NCBI GenBank assembly: GCA_944393725.1
Contig: CALYBC010000025.1
Coordinates: forward strand, 67,656 to 131,655
Reading direction: 5' to 3'
DNA: 64,000 bases
Source of the DNA: an uncultured Alphaproteobacteria bacterium
GTDB taxonomy: Bacteria; Pseudomonadota; Alphaproteobacteria; RF32; CAG-239
The notes under the pieces are model-generated. The model was not told where the DNA came from, did not search any database, and worked only from the letters and a program-made list of their open reading frames with translations. The translations under genes were made by a program, and so were the position numbers. Positions 46,782-56,243 of the stretch are shown here, piece by piece (within the stretch, counting starts at the first letter, position 1; every line of letters begins with the position of its first letter).

Positions 46782-48182
46782 ATGCTGGATAAAATATTAT
46801 CATCAGATTTTTTTATAAAATACAGCGATAAGTTTCATATGATGCTTGACAATGCCGAGCAATATATCCGCGAAACCGATAACATCAAGATAGTATCTTT
46901 TTCTTTGATGACACTAGCCGGAGTTTTATTTCTGTCTTTAATTGTCATCATATACATCAGAAACATTATTTATTTTGTAAAAAGTAACAATCCGAAAGAA
47001 GACGGAGCAGAAAGAGAGGACAACTACATAGTTTTATCGGCAGAAGATGCCAATCTTGAGTTGGAAAGAGAGTTGCAAAAAGAGCTCGAAATGGCACAAG
47101 CCGAAAAGCAAGCCAGAGAGTTGGCGGCCAAAGAGGAAGATGAAAAGCGCCTTGCCGCTGAACTCGCGGAAGCAGAAGAGAAAAAGCAAGAGAAGAAGAA
47201 AGAGGAAAAAGAGCACCGCAACCAAGAAAAAAACAGAGCAGAAGAAAAGGCCGAATTGCCACGGCAGAATAAACCCAAAGAAAAAATCGGTGTTGATCTT
47301 GACTGGCAAAAGGGAAAAATTCCGCCGGCCAATGAGATGTCAAATACTGAGGTTTCGCAAAGCATTCCTACCACATATCAGCAAAGCCGCAAAGAATTAC
47401 AAGACCTGATGGGATTGCTTTTGGATATGCTTGGTCGCGGTGTAGACGATCTAAAGATTGCTCAAACCTTAAATTACAAAATGCAAGGTATGGGGGAAGA
47501 AAACGATATCATCAAGAGTATTGATGCGGTAAAAATATTTATATCTCTGTGCGTATCGGGAAAATTTTCTCAGCTGGAGAGATTCTCCGAATTGCCAGGA
47601 GAAGAGCAGGCCCTGTATAATTTAGCCAATGGCGACCCGTCTTTAGCATTGGCCTTGCTTGAATGCCTGATGGATGGCAATATAGATAAGGCCAATGGTA
47701 TTTCTTCAGAAGAAAAAAGACTGCAGATTTACCAAGAAGTTTCATCCTATGCCTGTTGTTTCGGAGCCTTAGCCGAGCTCAATGATGTTATGTTAGCCAC
47801 TTCGTCTTATGAGTTAGCCATAGAGCTTCAATCATCAAATGTTGTGGCCTGGAGCCGTTTGGGCGATGTTTACCGCAAGGCCAGCTCATTACCCAAAGCC
47901 GCTTGGGCGTACCAAAATGTGCTTAATTTTGCGGATGGTGAAATAGACGCCCTGGAAGTAGCCAATGCTAACAAACACCTTTCGGAGCATTTATATGCCG
48001 AAGGAAATAGTATCCAAGCCGCCAAGCTCTATAATAGCTCAAAACAATACTACGATTCCTTAGGCATCAATCGCCGTCTTGACAGGCAAGAAATTGATAT
48101 AATATCGATTATTGAAGAGAACCAGTCTTCATCCATATCCGAAACCATAGCCAAACTTTTGTCTCCGGAAAATTCCCGCTAG
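46782..48182 (+). CDS. Membrane-anchored coiled-coil/TPR protein
   Basis: TM (IVSFSLMTLAGVLFLSLIVIIYI), an E/K-rich coiled coil (residues ~95-170), and C-terminal TPR-like repeats (AWSRLGDVYRKASSLPKAAWAYQNVLNF). ATG is at 46782; the ORF-track TTG is at 46773. Confidence 0.65.
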   Translation: MLDKILSSDFFIKYSDKFHMMLDNAEQYIRETDNIKIVSFSLMTLAGVLFLSLIVIIYIRNIIYFVKSNNPKEDGAEREDNYIVLSAEDANLELERELQKELEMAQAEKQARELAAKEEDEKRLAAELAEAEEKKQEKKKEEKEHRNQEKNRAEEKAELPRQNKPKEKIGVDLDWQKGKIPPANEMSNTEVSQSIPTTYQQSRKELQDLMGLLLDMLGRGVDDLKIAQTLNYKMQGMGEENDIIKSIDAVKIFISLCVSGKFSQLERFSELPGEEQALYNLANGDPSLALALLECLMDGNIDKANGISSEEKRLQIYQEVSSYACCFGALAELNDVMLATSSYELAIELQSSNVVAWSRLGDVYRKASSLPKAAWAYQNVLNFADGEIDALEVANANKHLSEHLYAEGNSIQAAKLYNSSKQYYDSLGINRRLDRQEIDIISIIEENQSSSISETIAKLLSPENSR

Positions 48183-48183
48183 C

Positions 48184-49263
48184 CTAATTTTGCGAAGCTT
48201 CAAAATTAATTCTCGGATCGACCAAAGAGTAAGTTATATCTGAAACCAGTTTTAGTATAAGTCCGAGAAATGCAAATATATACATTGTTCCGAATATAAC
48301 TGGATAATCCCTTGTCATAATTGCCTGATAGCCCAATAATCCCAAGCCGTTTAGCGAAAAAATCACCTCTATCAGCAAAGATCCGGTAAACAACATCTTT
48401 ATTAAAAGCGAAGGAAAACCGGCAATAACAATAAGCATGGCATTACGAAAAACATGCCCGTACAAAACTTGATTTTCACTCAACCCCTTTGCTCGTGCCG
48501 TTAAAACATATTGTTTGTTTATCTCATCAAGAAAAGAGTTTTTCGTAAGCATTGTGAGCGAGGCAAAGCCTCCTATAACCATTGCGGTCACCGGTAAAGT
48601 CAAATGCCAAAAATAATCAGCTATTTTACCCCAGACGGAAAGTTCGTTCCAGTTGTCAGATGTAAGGTTATTAAGCGGAAACCAGCTAAGATATGTTCCG
48701 CCGGCAAAAAATACGATTAAAAATACCGCAAATAAAAATACCGGAATTGCCGAACCCAAAATCACCAAGAAAGATGTTACGGCATCAAATTTAGACCCAT
48801 CGCACACGGCTTTTTTAATACCTAAAGGTATGGCAATAAGGTAGATTATAAGAGTTGACCAAAGTCCTAAAGAAACCGAAACCGGCATTCTTTCGGCAAT
48901 GAGTTTGGCCACCGATTTATCTTGATAAAAGCTTTTGCCGAAATCAAACAAGGCATAGTCTTTCACCATTTTTATAAATCTTTCCAAAGGCGGTTTGTCA
49001 AAACCGAATTGTTTTTCAAGCTCTCTGACCAGTTCTTCTGGCACGCCCGAAGCCCCTTGGTAGTTGCTTTTTCCTGCTTCGGTAACCGCAGCGCCTTTAC
49101 CTGAAATAGACGCGGTTGCATCGGTGTTCATACCTCGGTATTGTGCCAAGACATGCTCTACTGGTCCCCCCGGAGCAAATTGAATAATTATAAAGTTGAG
49201 AGCCAATATTCCCAACAAAGTAAAAGGTATCAGTAAAATCCTTTTAATTATGTAATTACGCAT
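48184..49263 (-). CDS. yejB: Peptide/microcin-type ABC importer permease (YejB-like)
   Basis: MRNYIIKRILLIPFTLLGILALNFIIIQFAPGGPVE is a typical DppB/YejB N-terminus. Its ATG overlaps the yejA stop (TAATG). Confidence 0.85.
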   Translation of the reverse strand: MRNYIIKRILLIPFTLLGILALNFIIIQFAPGGPVEHVLAQYRGMNTDATASISGKGAAVTEAGKSNYQGASGVPEELVRELEKQFGFDKPPLERFIKMVKDYALFDFGKSFYQDKSVAKLIAERMPVSVSLGLWSTLIIYLIAIPLGIKKAVCDGSKFDAVTSFLVILGSAIPVFLFAVFLIVFFAGGTYLSWFPLNNLTSDNWNELSVWGKIADYFWHLTLPVTAMVIGGFASLTMLTKNSFLDEINKQYVLTARAKGLSENQVLYGHVFRNAMLIVIAGFPSLLIKMLFTGSLLIEVIFSLNGLGLLGYQAIMTRDYPVIFGTMYIFAFLGLILKLVSDITYSLVDPRINFEASQN

Positions 49264-51071
49264 TATTTCTCCTTTACCCACCAGGTATGAATATCTGCCC
49301 CGACTTTTACTTCTGTCTCAGGATGAGCAAGTTTGTTATTATATGCAATTCTGTCATGGGGAGAATACCAATTAGGAATAAAATAATGTTCGTTCATGAT
49401 AATTCTGTCCAAGGCCTTAACGGCTGACAGATAGGTCTCTTGGTCGTTTGCCTTAATTATTTGTTCTATTACTCCGTCAACGGCAGGGTTTTTAATACCC
49501 AAAACATTAAAAGAGCCTTTCACATCGGCAGAAGCCGAACCCCACAGTTCTTTTTGCTCGTTCCCCGGCAGGTTACTTAGCCTAAATGAGAGAATTGCCA
49601 TTTCAAAGTCAAAATTATCCAAGCGATTCTTGAAAACATTAACTTCCAAGTTACGAAAATTAAGCTTAATTCCTATTTTTCGTAAATTTTCAATAAACGG
49701 CAACATAACACGAGTAAAAGTAGCCCCGTTAGCCGAATTACTCAGAATTTCAATTTCCAAAGGCTCTTTTGTTTCAAGGTTTACCATCTTGCCGTCAACA
49801 AAATCATATCCGGCTTCATTAAGCAGTTTTACGGCCTTTTTAAGATTCTGTCTTAGTTTTTGCGGCGAAGAATTGTCCGGCAAGCTAAAAGGAGATGTAA
49901 AGATTTCATCAGGCAAGTCATCTTGGTATTTTTGCAAAATATGTTTTTCTTTTCCTTGCGGGAGGCCGGAAGCTGCCAAATCGGTGTTACTGAACAGACT
50001 GTAAATTCTGCTGTATTGATTGTAGAATAATTTCTCGTTAGCCCAATCAAAGTTAAATGCTAGGGCTATTGCCTCGCGTACTCTGCGGTCGGAAAACTTT
50101 TCTAGTCTGGTGTTAAACCCGAAAAATTGCAAGGTTGCCGGATTATGGTGCTGAATTTCTTCTTTTATTATTTTTCCGTCTTTAACCAGTTTATTGTCAT
50201 ATCCGCTGACCCAAATTTTAGCTATATATTCATCTCGGGCATCAATGTTTCCGGAAAACAAGGCTTGCAGAGTTACGGTTGTGTCTTGGTAGAACTCGTA
50301 TCTAATGCTGTCAAAATTATAAAAACCTTTTCTTGTAGGAATATCCTTGCCCCAATAATCGGGGTTTCGTTTAAGGTTTACATACTTGTTAACTTCAAAA
50401 CCGTCTACTTTATATGGCCCGCTGCCTACCGGCGGAATGAGAGATGGTGTTGCAAAGTCTTTATCCTCAAAATCTTTTTTTGAAAATATTTTAAACTGCG
50501 AAAGAATGAGCGGAAGCTCACGGTTTTGAGTGCCTTTTTTAAAATAAAATCTGACATGATTATCGGCAACTTTTTCCGCTTTGTCGACATCTGCATAGTA
50601 TATTTTATAAAGCGGTGCGCCTTTTTCTATTAGGGCGTTAAAGCTGAAAATGACATCATCGGCGGTTATTTTTTCGCCATTGGCAAATTGGGCTTTCGGG
50701 TTGATGAAAAAACCGATAAAAGACTTATCTTCCGGCACTTCAAATTTTTCGGCAATCAAAGGATATACCGACATTGGGTCGTCAGGAGACACAAAGCCCA
50801 AACTTTCCAAAGAAAGTTCGGCGGCTTCCGGAAAGGCAATTCCCTTAAAAATAAAAGGATTAAAGCTGTCAAAAGTGCCATAAGCGGGCAGAGTTATTTT
50901 TCCGCCTTTGGGTGCGTTGGGATTAACATAATCAAAATTGGCAAAAGATTGCTCGTATTTTGGTTTATCATAAATAGCAAACACCTCTTTGACCTGAGTT
51001 TTTGCCCAAACATCAATCGGTAGCAGGCACAAGCATAAAGCAACCAAGCTATTTTTTATAATTTTCGACAT
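49263..51071 (-). CDS. yejA: ABC importer substrate-binding protein, family 5 (YejA-like)
   Basis: Signal peptide MSKIIKNSLVALCLCLLPIDVWA and the SBP_5 core (KGGKITLPAYGTFDSFNPF). 602 aa. Confidence 0.85.
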   Translation of the reverse strand: MSKIIKNSLVALCLCLLPIDVWAKTQVKEVFAIYDKPKYEQSFANFDYVNPNAPKGGKITLPAYGTFDSFNPFIFKGIAFPEAAELSLESLGFVSPDDPMSVYPLIAEKFEVPEDKSFIGFFINPKAQFANGEKITADDVIFSFNALIEKGAPLYKIYYADVDKAEKVADNHVRFYFKKGTQNRELPLILSQFKIFSKKDFEDKDFATPSLIPPVGSGPYKVDGFEVNKYVNLKRNPDYWGKDIPTRKGFYNFDSIRYEFYQDTTVTLQALFSGNIDARDEYIAKIWVSGYDNKLVKDGKIIKEEIQHHNPATLQFFGFNTRLEKFSDRRVREAIALAFNFDWANEKLFYNQYSRIYSLFSNTDLAASGLPQGKEKHILQKYQDDLPDEIFTSPFSLPDNSSPQKLRQNLKKAVKLLNEAGYDFVDGKMVNLETKEPLEIEILSNSANGATFTRVMLPFIENLRKIGIKLNFRNLEVNVFKNRLDNFDFEMAILSFRLSNLPGNEQKELWGSASADVKGSFNVLGIKNPAVDGVIEQIIKANDQETYLSAVKALDRIIMNEHYFIPNWYSPHDRIAYNNKLAHPETEVKVGADIHTWWVKEK

Positions 51072-52278
51072 CGGTCCAGCTGCTGAACGGGTAGGTTAAA
51101 TTATCGGTGTCATCGGATTTTTTCTGAGCTTCTGGCGAACTCATTGCTTGCCATTCTTTTCTTAGAGAGGCCAAAGTATTTTGCGTTCCGGCAAATCCGA
51201 CATCGTCATTTTTTGTTTCCGACAGATTTTCAACGACCGATTCTGTAAAAATTTCCGGTTTTTTTTCTTCGCCTAAACTATATGCATCATTATCAAAAAC
51301 CGGCTCTTCTCTTTTCTCTGGTGCTTCTGTCTGACTTCCAAAGCTTCTTTCCAAAGCTAAAGAAAACGGATCTTTGGCAGTCGGAGTTTGAGGCTCGGTT
51401 GCCTCTTTTGCGGCAAATGAAGTAATTTTGCTAAAGAATTGATTGACTCTTTCTTTTATTACCGGTTTTTCTGCTTTGTAGGCTTTGACGGCTTCTTGCA
51501 TGGGTGCTTTCACTTCCGGCGCATTTATTTCTTCATCAATTAAAGTTTCTTCTTTGATAATTTGAGCGTTTTCGCGTTTTCTTCTGGCTTGATCGGCGAT
51601 CGGAGCCAAAATGGCAAATACCTTGCCGAACACACCGGTTTCGATAATGTTAAGGAGTACTCGCTCTTTATCATGCTTTTCAAGCAAGCCCAGCAAGGTC
51701 TGATATCTGGCACAGAACTCCATTATTGTGCCGGCCAACAGAGTGTCAACCATTGCATCATCAAGAATTTTTCTTTGAAAATTAGGTTGCTGATTATAAT
51801 TTTCAATAACCACTTTACCGAATGACCATTTTCCTCCGTTTTGCACTTTGGTCCATAAGTGCTCTATTTGGTCGATGGAAGAAAGTCTTTCTCTGATTAA
51901 GAATTCGCTCAAAAGTTCGTTCATATCGGCAATCAAAAGATCAAACCGATTAAGAGCAAAAGAATTTTTGATATTTTGTTCGGTTTCGAGCATTATTCTG
52001 GCCAAAAGGTCGGAATATTCTTGATTTTTTTTCATCTGCCCAAAGAGCCTAAACATTTGGCGCGATATTGACCTATTGTAGACATACTGGTTTACGAAAG
52101 CAAAAATAATCCAAATTAAAAGAATAGGGAGCGCAACAAACAACACATACAGCAAAACATTAAGAATTCCCGCATCAAAGAAGGACATTCCGCTTAGTGA
52201 ATCAATAACAAAACGCAAAGCATAGGCCAACCAAACCAAAGAAGAAAAAACGGCAGCCACCAAAGAAAAAGTTAACAT
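51049..52278 (-). CDS. Membrane protein of unknown function with an acidic C-terminal tail
   Basis: Two or three N-terminal TM helices. ATG 52278 has a GGGAG RBS; the ORF-track TTG is at 52284. Its 3' end overlaps the yejA start by 23 nt. Confidence 0.55.
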   Translation of the reverse strand: MLTFSLVAAVFSSLVWLAYALRFVIDSLSGMSFFDAGILNVLLYVLFVALPILLIWIIFAFVNQYVYNRSISRQMFRLFGQMKKNQEYSDLLARIMLETEQNIKNSFALNRFDLLIADMNELLSEFLIRERLSSIDQIEHLWTKVQNGGKWSFGKVVIENYNQQPNFQRKILDDAMVDTLLAGTIMEFCARYQTLLGLLEKHDKERVLLNIIETGVFGKVFAILAPIADQARRKRENAQIIKEETLIDEEINAPEVKAPMQEAVKAYKAEKPVIKERVNQFFSKITSFAAKEATEPQTPTAKDPFSLALERSFGSQTEAPEKREEPVFDNDAYSLGEEKKPEIFTESVVENLSETKNDDVGFAGTQNTLASLRKEWQAMSSPEAQKKSDDTDNLTYPFSSWTDVENYKK

Positions 52279-52436
52279 AATCAACTCCCTAAAATCTTCA
52301 ATAAATGCATGATATTAGAAAATATCATTTTTTCCAACAACATTTATCACTTCTTACACAAAAAGAAAAATGAGTTGGCAATTTAACAAAAGCTATGTTA
52401 TAAAAGGGCATAAAACAACTGATGGGTGATGATTAG

Positions 52437-53411
52437 ATGGAAAAATCAAACACGGTCAATTTAGATTTTGAAAAAACGATAGCTGAAGTTGAAGAAAAGA
52501 TATTGCATCTTAAGGATATAGAGCTTGGAGAAGGTGTAAATATTGATGGCGAAATAACTCGCTTACGGCAAAAATCCGAGCGATTATTAAAGCAACTTTA
52601 TTCCAAGTTAACACCATGGCAAAAAACATTAGTGGCCAGACATCCCGACCGTCCGCATAGTGTTGATTACATAAATTTATTGATTGAAGATTTTGAGAAC
52701 TTAAGCGGCGACCGTTGCTTTGCCGACGATTTGGCAATAATCGGCGGGTTGGGTAAATTTAACGGACGCTCTGTTGTTGTGATAGGACAAGAAAAGGGGC
52801 ACGATTTAGAAACCCGAGTTAAGCACAATTTTGGTATGGCAAAGCCTGAGGGGTACCGCAAGGTGCAACGGCTGATGGATTTGGCCGACAAATTTAATTT
52901 ACCGGTTATAGCTTTTGTCGATACTTCGGGAGCTTTTCCGGGGGTAGAAGCCGAGGAAAGAGGGCAGGCACAAGCCATTGCTTCGTGTATAGAAAGATGC
53001 CTTAAGCTAAAGGTTCCGTTTGTTTCCGTGATTATCGGTGAGGGCGGCTCTGGAGGAGCTATAGCTGTTGCTACGGCCAATCGCATAATAATGTTGGAAC
53101 ATTCGATATATTCGGTAATCTCCCCCGAGGGATGTGCCTCAATTTTATGGCGCTCGGCCGATAAGGTAAAAGAAGCAACCGAGGCTCTCTGCCTAACGGC
53201 ACAAGATTTGCGACGGCTCGGCGTGATTGACGAGATTGTTGCCGAGCCGACCGGCGGAGCACAAAGGCATAGGGAAGAGGCTATAAAGAGAGTAGGACTG
53301 GCTGTTGCCCGCCACCTAAAAGAGCTTGAAAACCAAAGCGGTGATGAGTTAAAGCGCCGTCGTACGGAAAAATTTTTGAAAATGGGGCGTCATCTTGCAA
53401 AATCTAAATAG
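52437..53411 (+). CDS. accA: Acetyl-CoA carboxylase carboxyltransferase alpha subunit
   Basis: 324 aa. [27 protein letters not shown] and IGEGGSGGA are AccA signatures. Confidence 0.95.
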   Translation: MEKSNTVNLDFEKTIAEVEEKILHLKDIELGEGVNIDGEITRLRQKSERLLKQLYSKLTPWQKTLVARHPDRPHSVDYINLLIEDFENLSGDRCFADDLAIIGGLGKFNGRSVVVIGQEKGHDLETRVKHNFGMAKPEGYRKVQRLMDLADKFNLPVIAFVDTSGAFPGVEAEERGQAQAIASCIERCLKLKVPFVSVIIGEGGSGGAIAVATANRIIMLEHSIYSVISPEGCASILWRSADKVKEATEALCLTAQDLRRLGVIDEIVAEPTGGAQRHREEAIKRVGLAVARHLKELENQSGDELKRRRTEKFLKMGRHLAKSK

Positions 53412-54525
53412 TTTTATCTTAGAAAATTTAGGACTGATAATATTTTTTGTTCTGCTTTTGACTGCGGTTAATGCGGTATTTATATTTTTTCGCAAAGAGA
53501 AAGGTGGGGTTAAAGAGTTGTTTTTGCAGTCGCAAGGCGAATTAAGCGGACGCTTGGCGGCATTACGAGAGGCAAATGCTCAAGAGCAAAGCCGGCTTTT
53601 TGCGGCATTGAATGAGCAAAGGCTGGCTCTGCTTAAGCTTATGGATGAGAAGCTTTTGGCCGTAACCAAGAGTGTCGGCGAGGGTTTGCACGAAACCACG
53701 GTTAAAACCAATGCCACTCTCACGGATTTGAGGGAAAGATTGGCCAAGATAGATGTGGCGCAGCAAAAAATATCATCGCTTTCCGAACAGGTTGTTTCTT
53801 TGCAGGAGGTATTATCCAACAAACAAGCCCGAGGTGCGTTTGGTGAAATTCAACTTAATGACCTGGTAAGCTCGATTTTGCCGCCCAATGCTTACAGTTT
53901 TCAATATTTGCTCAGTAACGGCAAAAAGGCTGACTGCATGCTTAAATTGCCCAATCCCCCCGGATCCATAGTAATAGATGCCAAGTTTCCTTTGGAGAGC
54001 TATTATGCTCTGCGCAAGGCCTCAAATGACAGAGAAAAAGTTGAGGCCGAAAGATTTTTTAAGGCTTCGGTCTTAAAGCATATTAAAGATATATCCGAAA
54101 AGTATATTATCCCTAACGAAACGGCGGAATCTGCTTTGATGTTTTTGCCCAGCGAAGCCATATATGCGGAACTGCATGCCAACTTTATTGAGGTGGTTGA
54201 AAGTTCTTATAAGGCAAAGGTTTGGATAGTTTCTCCCACTACCTTGATGGCAACTCTAAATACGGTAAGAGCGGTGTTAAAAGATGCTCATATGCGTGAA
54301 CAAGCCGGTATTATTCAAAAAGAAGTCGGAGTTTTGATGGATGATATCGCAAGGCTCGACGAGAGAGTGGAGAATTTATCAAAGCACTTTAAGCAGGCCG
54401 GAGACGATATCGATTCTATTAAAATATCCTCAGGCAAAATCTATCGCCGCATACAAAAAATAGAAGATATAGAGCTAGGCGAAGGAAACACTCAAGCCTT
54501 GGAGCATTTATCCGGCAAGGACTAA
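53395..54525 (+). CDS. rmuC: DNA recombination protein RmuC
   Basis: N-terminal TM, a coiled coil, and a C-terminal RmuC nuclease-like domain ([13 protein letters not shown]..., [19 protein letters not shown]). The TTG start at 53395 overlaps the accA end by 17 nt, so the start is uncertain. Confidence 0.8.
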   Translation: MQNLNSFILENLGLIIFFVLLLTAVNAVFIFFRKEKGGVKELFLQSQGELSGRLAALREANAQEQSRLFAALNEQRLALLKLMDEKLLAVTKSVGEGLHETTVKTNATLTDLRERLAKIDVAQQKISSLSEQVVSLQEVLSNKQARGAFGEIQLNDLVSSILPPNAYSFQYLLSNGKKADCMLKLPNPPGSIVIDAKFPLESYYALRKASNDREKVEAERFFKASVLKHIKDISEKYIIPNETAESALMFLPSEAIYAELHANFIEVVESSYKAKVWIVSPTTLMATLNTVRAVLKDAHMREQAGIIQKEVGVLMDDIARLDERVENLSKHFKQAGDDIDSIKISSGKIYRRIQKIEDIELGEGNTQALEHLSGKD

Positions 54526-54622
54526 AAACTTTGGATAAAAGGGAAAATAGCCCTTGGCTTTTTGTAAATTTGATATATTGATAAAATAAGAAATGTTTAA
54601 CTAAGTTAAAAGGAATAAAAAA

Positions 54623-54904
54623 GTGACCAGATCAGAATTAATTGAAAAAATTGCCGCCAAAAATCCGCATTTAACCATGAAAGATGTTGAACGCATTGTG
54701 GCGGTAGTCTTCGATTCGATAATCGACGCCTTGTCCCGCGGTGACAGAGTTGAATTCAGAGGCTTTGGCGCATTTTCGGTTCGTACCCGCAGCCCGCGTA
54801 TGGCCAAAAATCCGCGTACCGGTGAGCAGGTAAAAGTGGACGAACGCAAGATTCCTCACTTCAAAACCGGTAAACAATTGTTTGAATCATTAAACAAAAA
54901 ATAG
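54623..54904 (+). CDS. ihfB: Integration host factor beta subunit
   Basis: [17 protein letters not shown]...[30 protein letters not shown] start with an AAAGGAA RBS. Confidence 0.9.
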   Translation: MTRSELIEKIAAKNPHLTMKDVERIVAVVFDSIIDALSRGDRVEFRGFGAFSVRTRSPRMAKNPRTGEQVKVDERKIPHFKTGKQLFESLNKK

Positions 54905-54945
54905 TTCTAAAGTTATTGTCACATATTTAACAAGGAGCAAACACC

Positions 54946-55356
54946 ATGGGATTTATTAAAGTACTTATAGGCCTGCCTTTGATATTTATTATTTTGGTGT
55001 TTGCTTTTGTTAATAATGATATGGCAGTTTTCAGTTTGTGGCCCACAGGGATAGAAATCACCGTTTCACTCAGCGTAGCAATCGTATTTTTATTGCTTGT
55101 CGGCTATATTTGGGGTTGGTTCTTTACTTGGCTGTCATATTCACCGGTTAGGTCTGCCTTGCGTCAACAAAAGAAACAGAACAAAAAGCTGTCCAAAGAA
55201 CAAGAAAAGTTGGTCAAAGAGGTTGAAGGCCTGCAAGACAATATCGAAAACCTAAAAAATATTGTACCGGCCGAGGGAAAAAAGTCTTTGAAGGAAAGAG
55301 TAAAAAACTTTTTCTCTTCATCAAAAGATAATTCTTCATCGGAGAAAAGCGAATGA
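54946..55356 (+). CDS. LapA/DUF1049-family inner-membrane protein
   Basis: Two TM helices (IGLPLIFIILVFAFV, VSLSVAIVFLLLVGYIWGWFF) and a basic coiled tail. Lies downstream of ihfB, as in many Alphaproteobacteria. Confidence 0.7.
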   Translation: MGFIKVLIGLPLIFIILVFAFVNNDMAVFSLWPTGIEITVSLSVAIVFLLLVGYIWGWFFTWLSYSPVRSALRQQKKQNKKLSKEQEKLVKEVEGLQDNIENLKNIVPAEGKKSLKERVKNFFSSSKDNSSSEKSE

Positions 55357-56198
55357 ATTGGATTTCCGATTTTGTTCGCCCCAAAATAAAAAAAGCCTCC
55401 ACCAAAGAGCTGTCCGACAATTTGTGGACCAAATGTCCCGAATGCGGGCAGATGTTGTTTAATAAAGAACTCGAAAAAGATTTTTATGTTTGCTCGTTTT
55501 GCGGACATCATTTGCGCCTGCCGGTATTAAACAGGCTGCAAATGCTTTTTGATGACGGTAAATACCGAGCCTTAAGTCTCCCCAAACTTCAAGATGATCC
55601 GCTCAATTTTAAGGATACCAAGAAATACACCGACCGATTGCGTTCTTATCGCAAACTAAGCGGCAGAGACGATGCCATAGTTGTTGCCTATGGCGAGATT
55701 GGCGGGATTAAGGTCGTCGTAGCCATACTTGATTTTAGTTTTATGGGAGGCTCAATGGGAACGGCCGTCGGCGAAGGAATAGTTCGCGGTGCCGAGTTTG
55801 CCCTCAAGACCAAAAGTCCGTTCATCGCCATCGCAGCCTCTGGCGGAGCCAGAATGCAAGAAGGTATTTTATCCCTAATGCAGATGGCGCGTACCACGGC
55901 AGCAATCAATCAATTAAAAGAAAAAGGTTTCCCCTACATTTCGGTAATGACCGATCCCACCACCGGCGGAGTTTCGGCATCATTTGCCATGTTAGGGGAC
56001 ATCAATATTGCCGAAAAAGGGAGCGTAATAGGCTTTGCCGGAGCCAGAGTCATCGAACAGACGATTCGCGAACAACTGCCGGAAGGTTTTCAAAAGGCGG
56101 AGTATTTGCAAGCTCATGGTATGGTTGACATCGTCGTTAACCGCACCGAGTTGCGTGACAAGCTCATAAAAATACTAAAACTGTTGTTAAATCGCTAA
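55353..56198 (+). CDS. accD: Acetyl-CoA carboxylase carboxyltransferase beta subunit
   Basis: N-terminal zinc ribbon CPECGQ...CSFCGHH and the carboxyltransferase core (MGGSMG, ASGGARMQEG). ATGA overlap with the preceding gene. Confidence 0.95.
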   Translation: MNWISDFVRPKIKKASTKELSDNLWTKCPECGQMLFNKELEKDFYVCSFCGHHLRLPVLNRLQMLFDDGKYRALSLPKLQDDPLNFKDTKKYTDRLRSYRKLSGRDDAIVVAYGEIGGIKVVVAILDFSFMGGSMGTAVGEGIVRGAEFALKTKSPFIAIAASGGARMQEGILSLMQMARTTAAINQLKEKGFPYISVMTDPTTGGVSASFAMLGDINIAEKGSVIGFAGARVIEQTIREQLPEGFQKAEYLQAHGMVDIVVNRTELRDKLIKILKLLLNR

Positions 56199-56243
56199 AG
56201 TCGTGTCATAATCAGTTCGTCTGATTTTCAAAAGGGAAAAAAC

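Noticed and set aside
46966-47409. Four overlapping ORFs on both strands (46966..47343, 47024..47374, 47034..47309, 47047..47409).
   Set aside because: All lie inside the GAA/AAG-rich segment encoding the E/K coiled coil of the 46782..48182 gene. The purine/pyrimidine-biased low complexity leaves several frames open, and the products are homopolymer-like.
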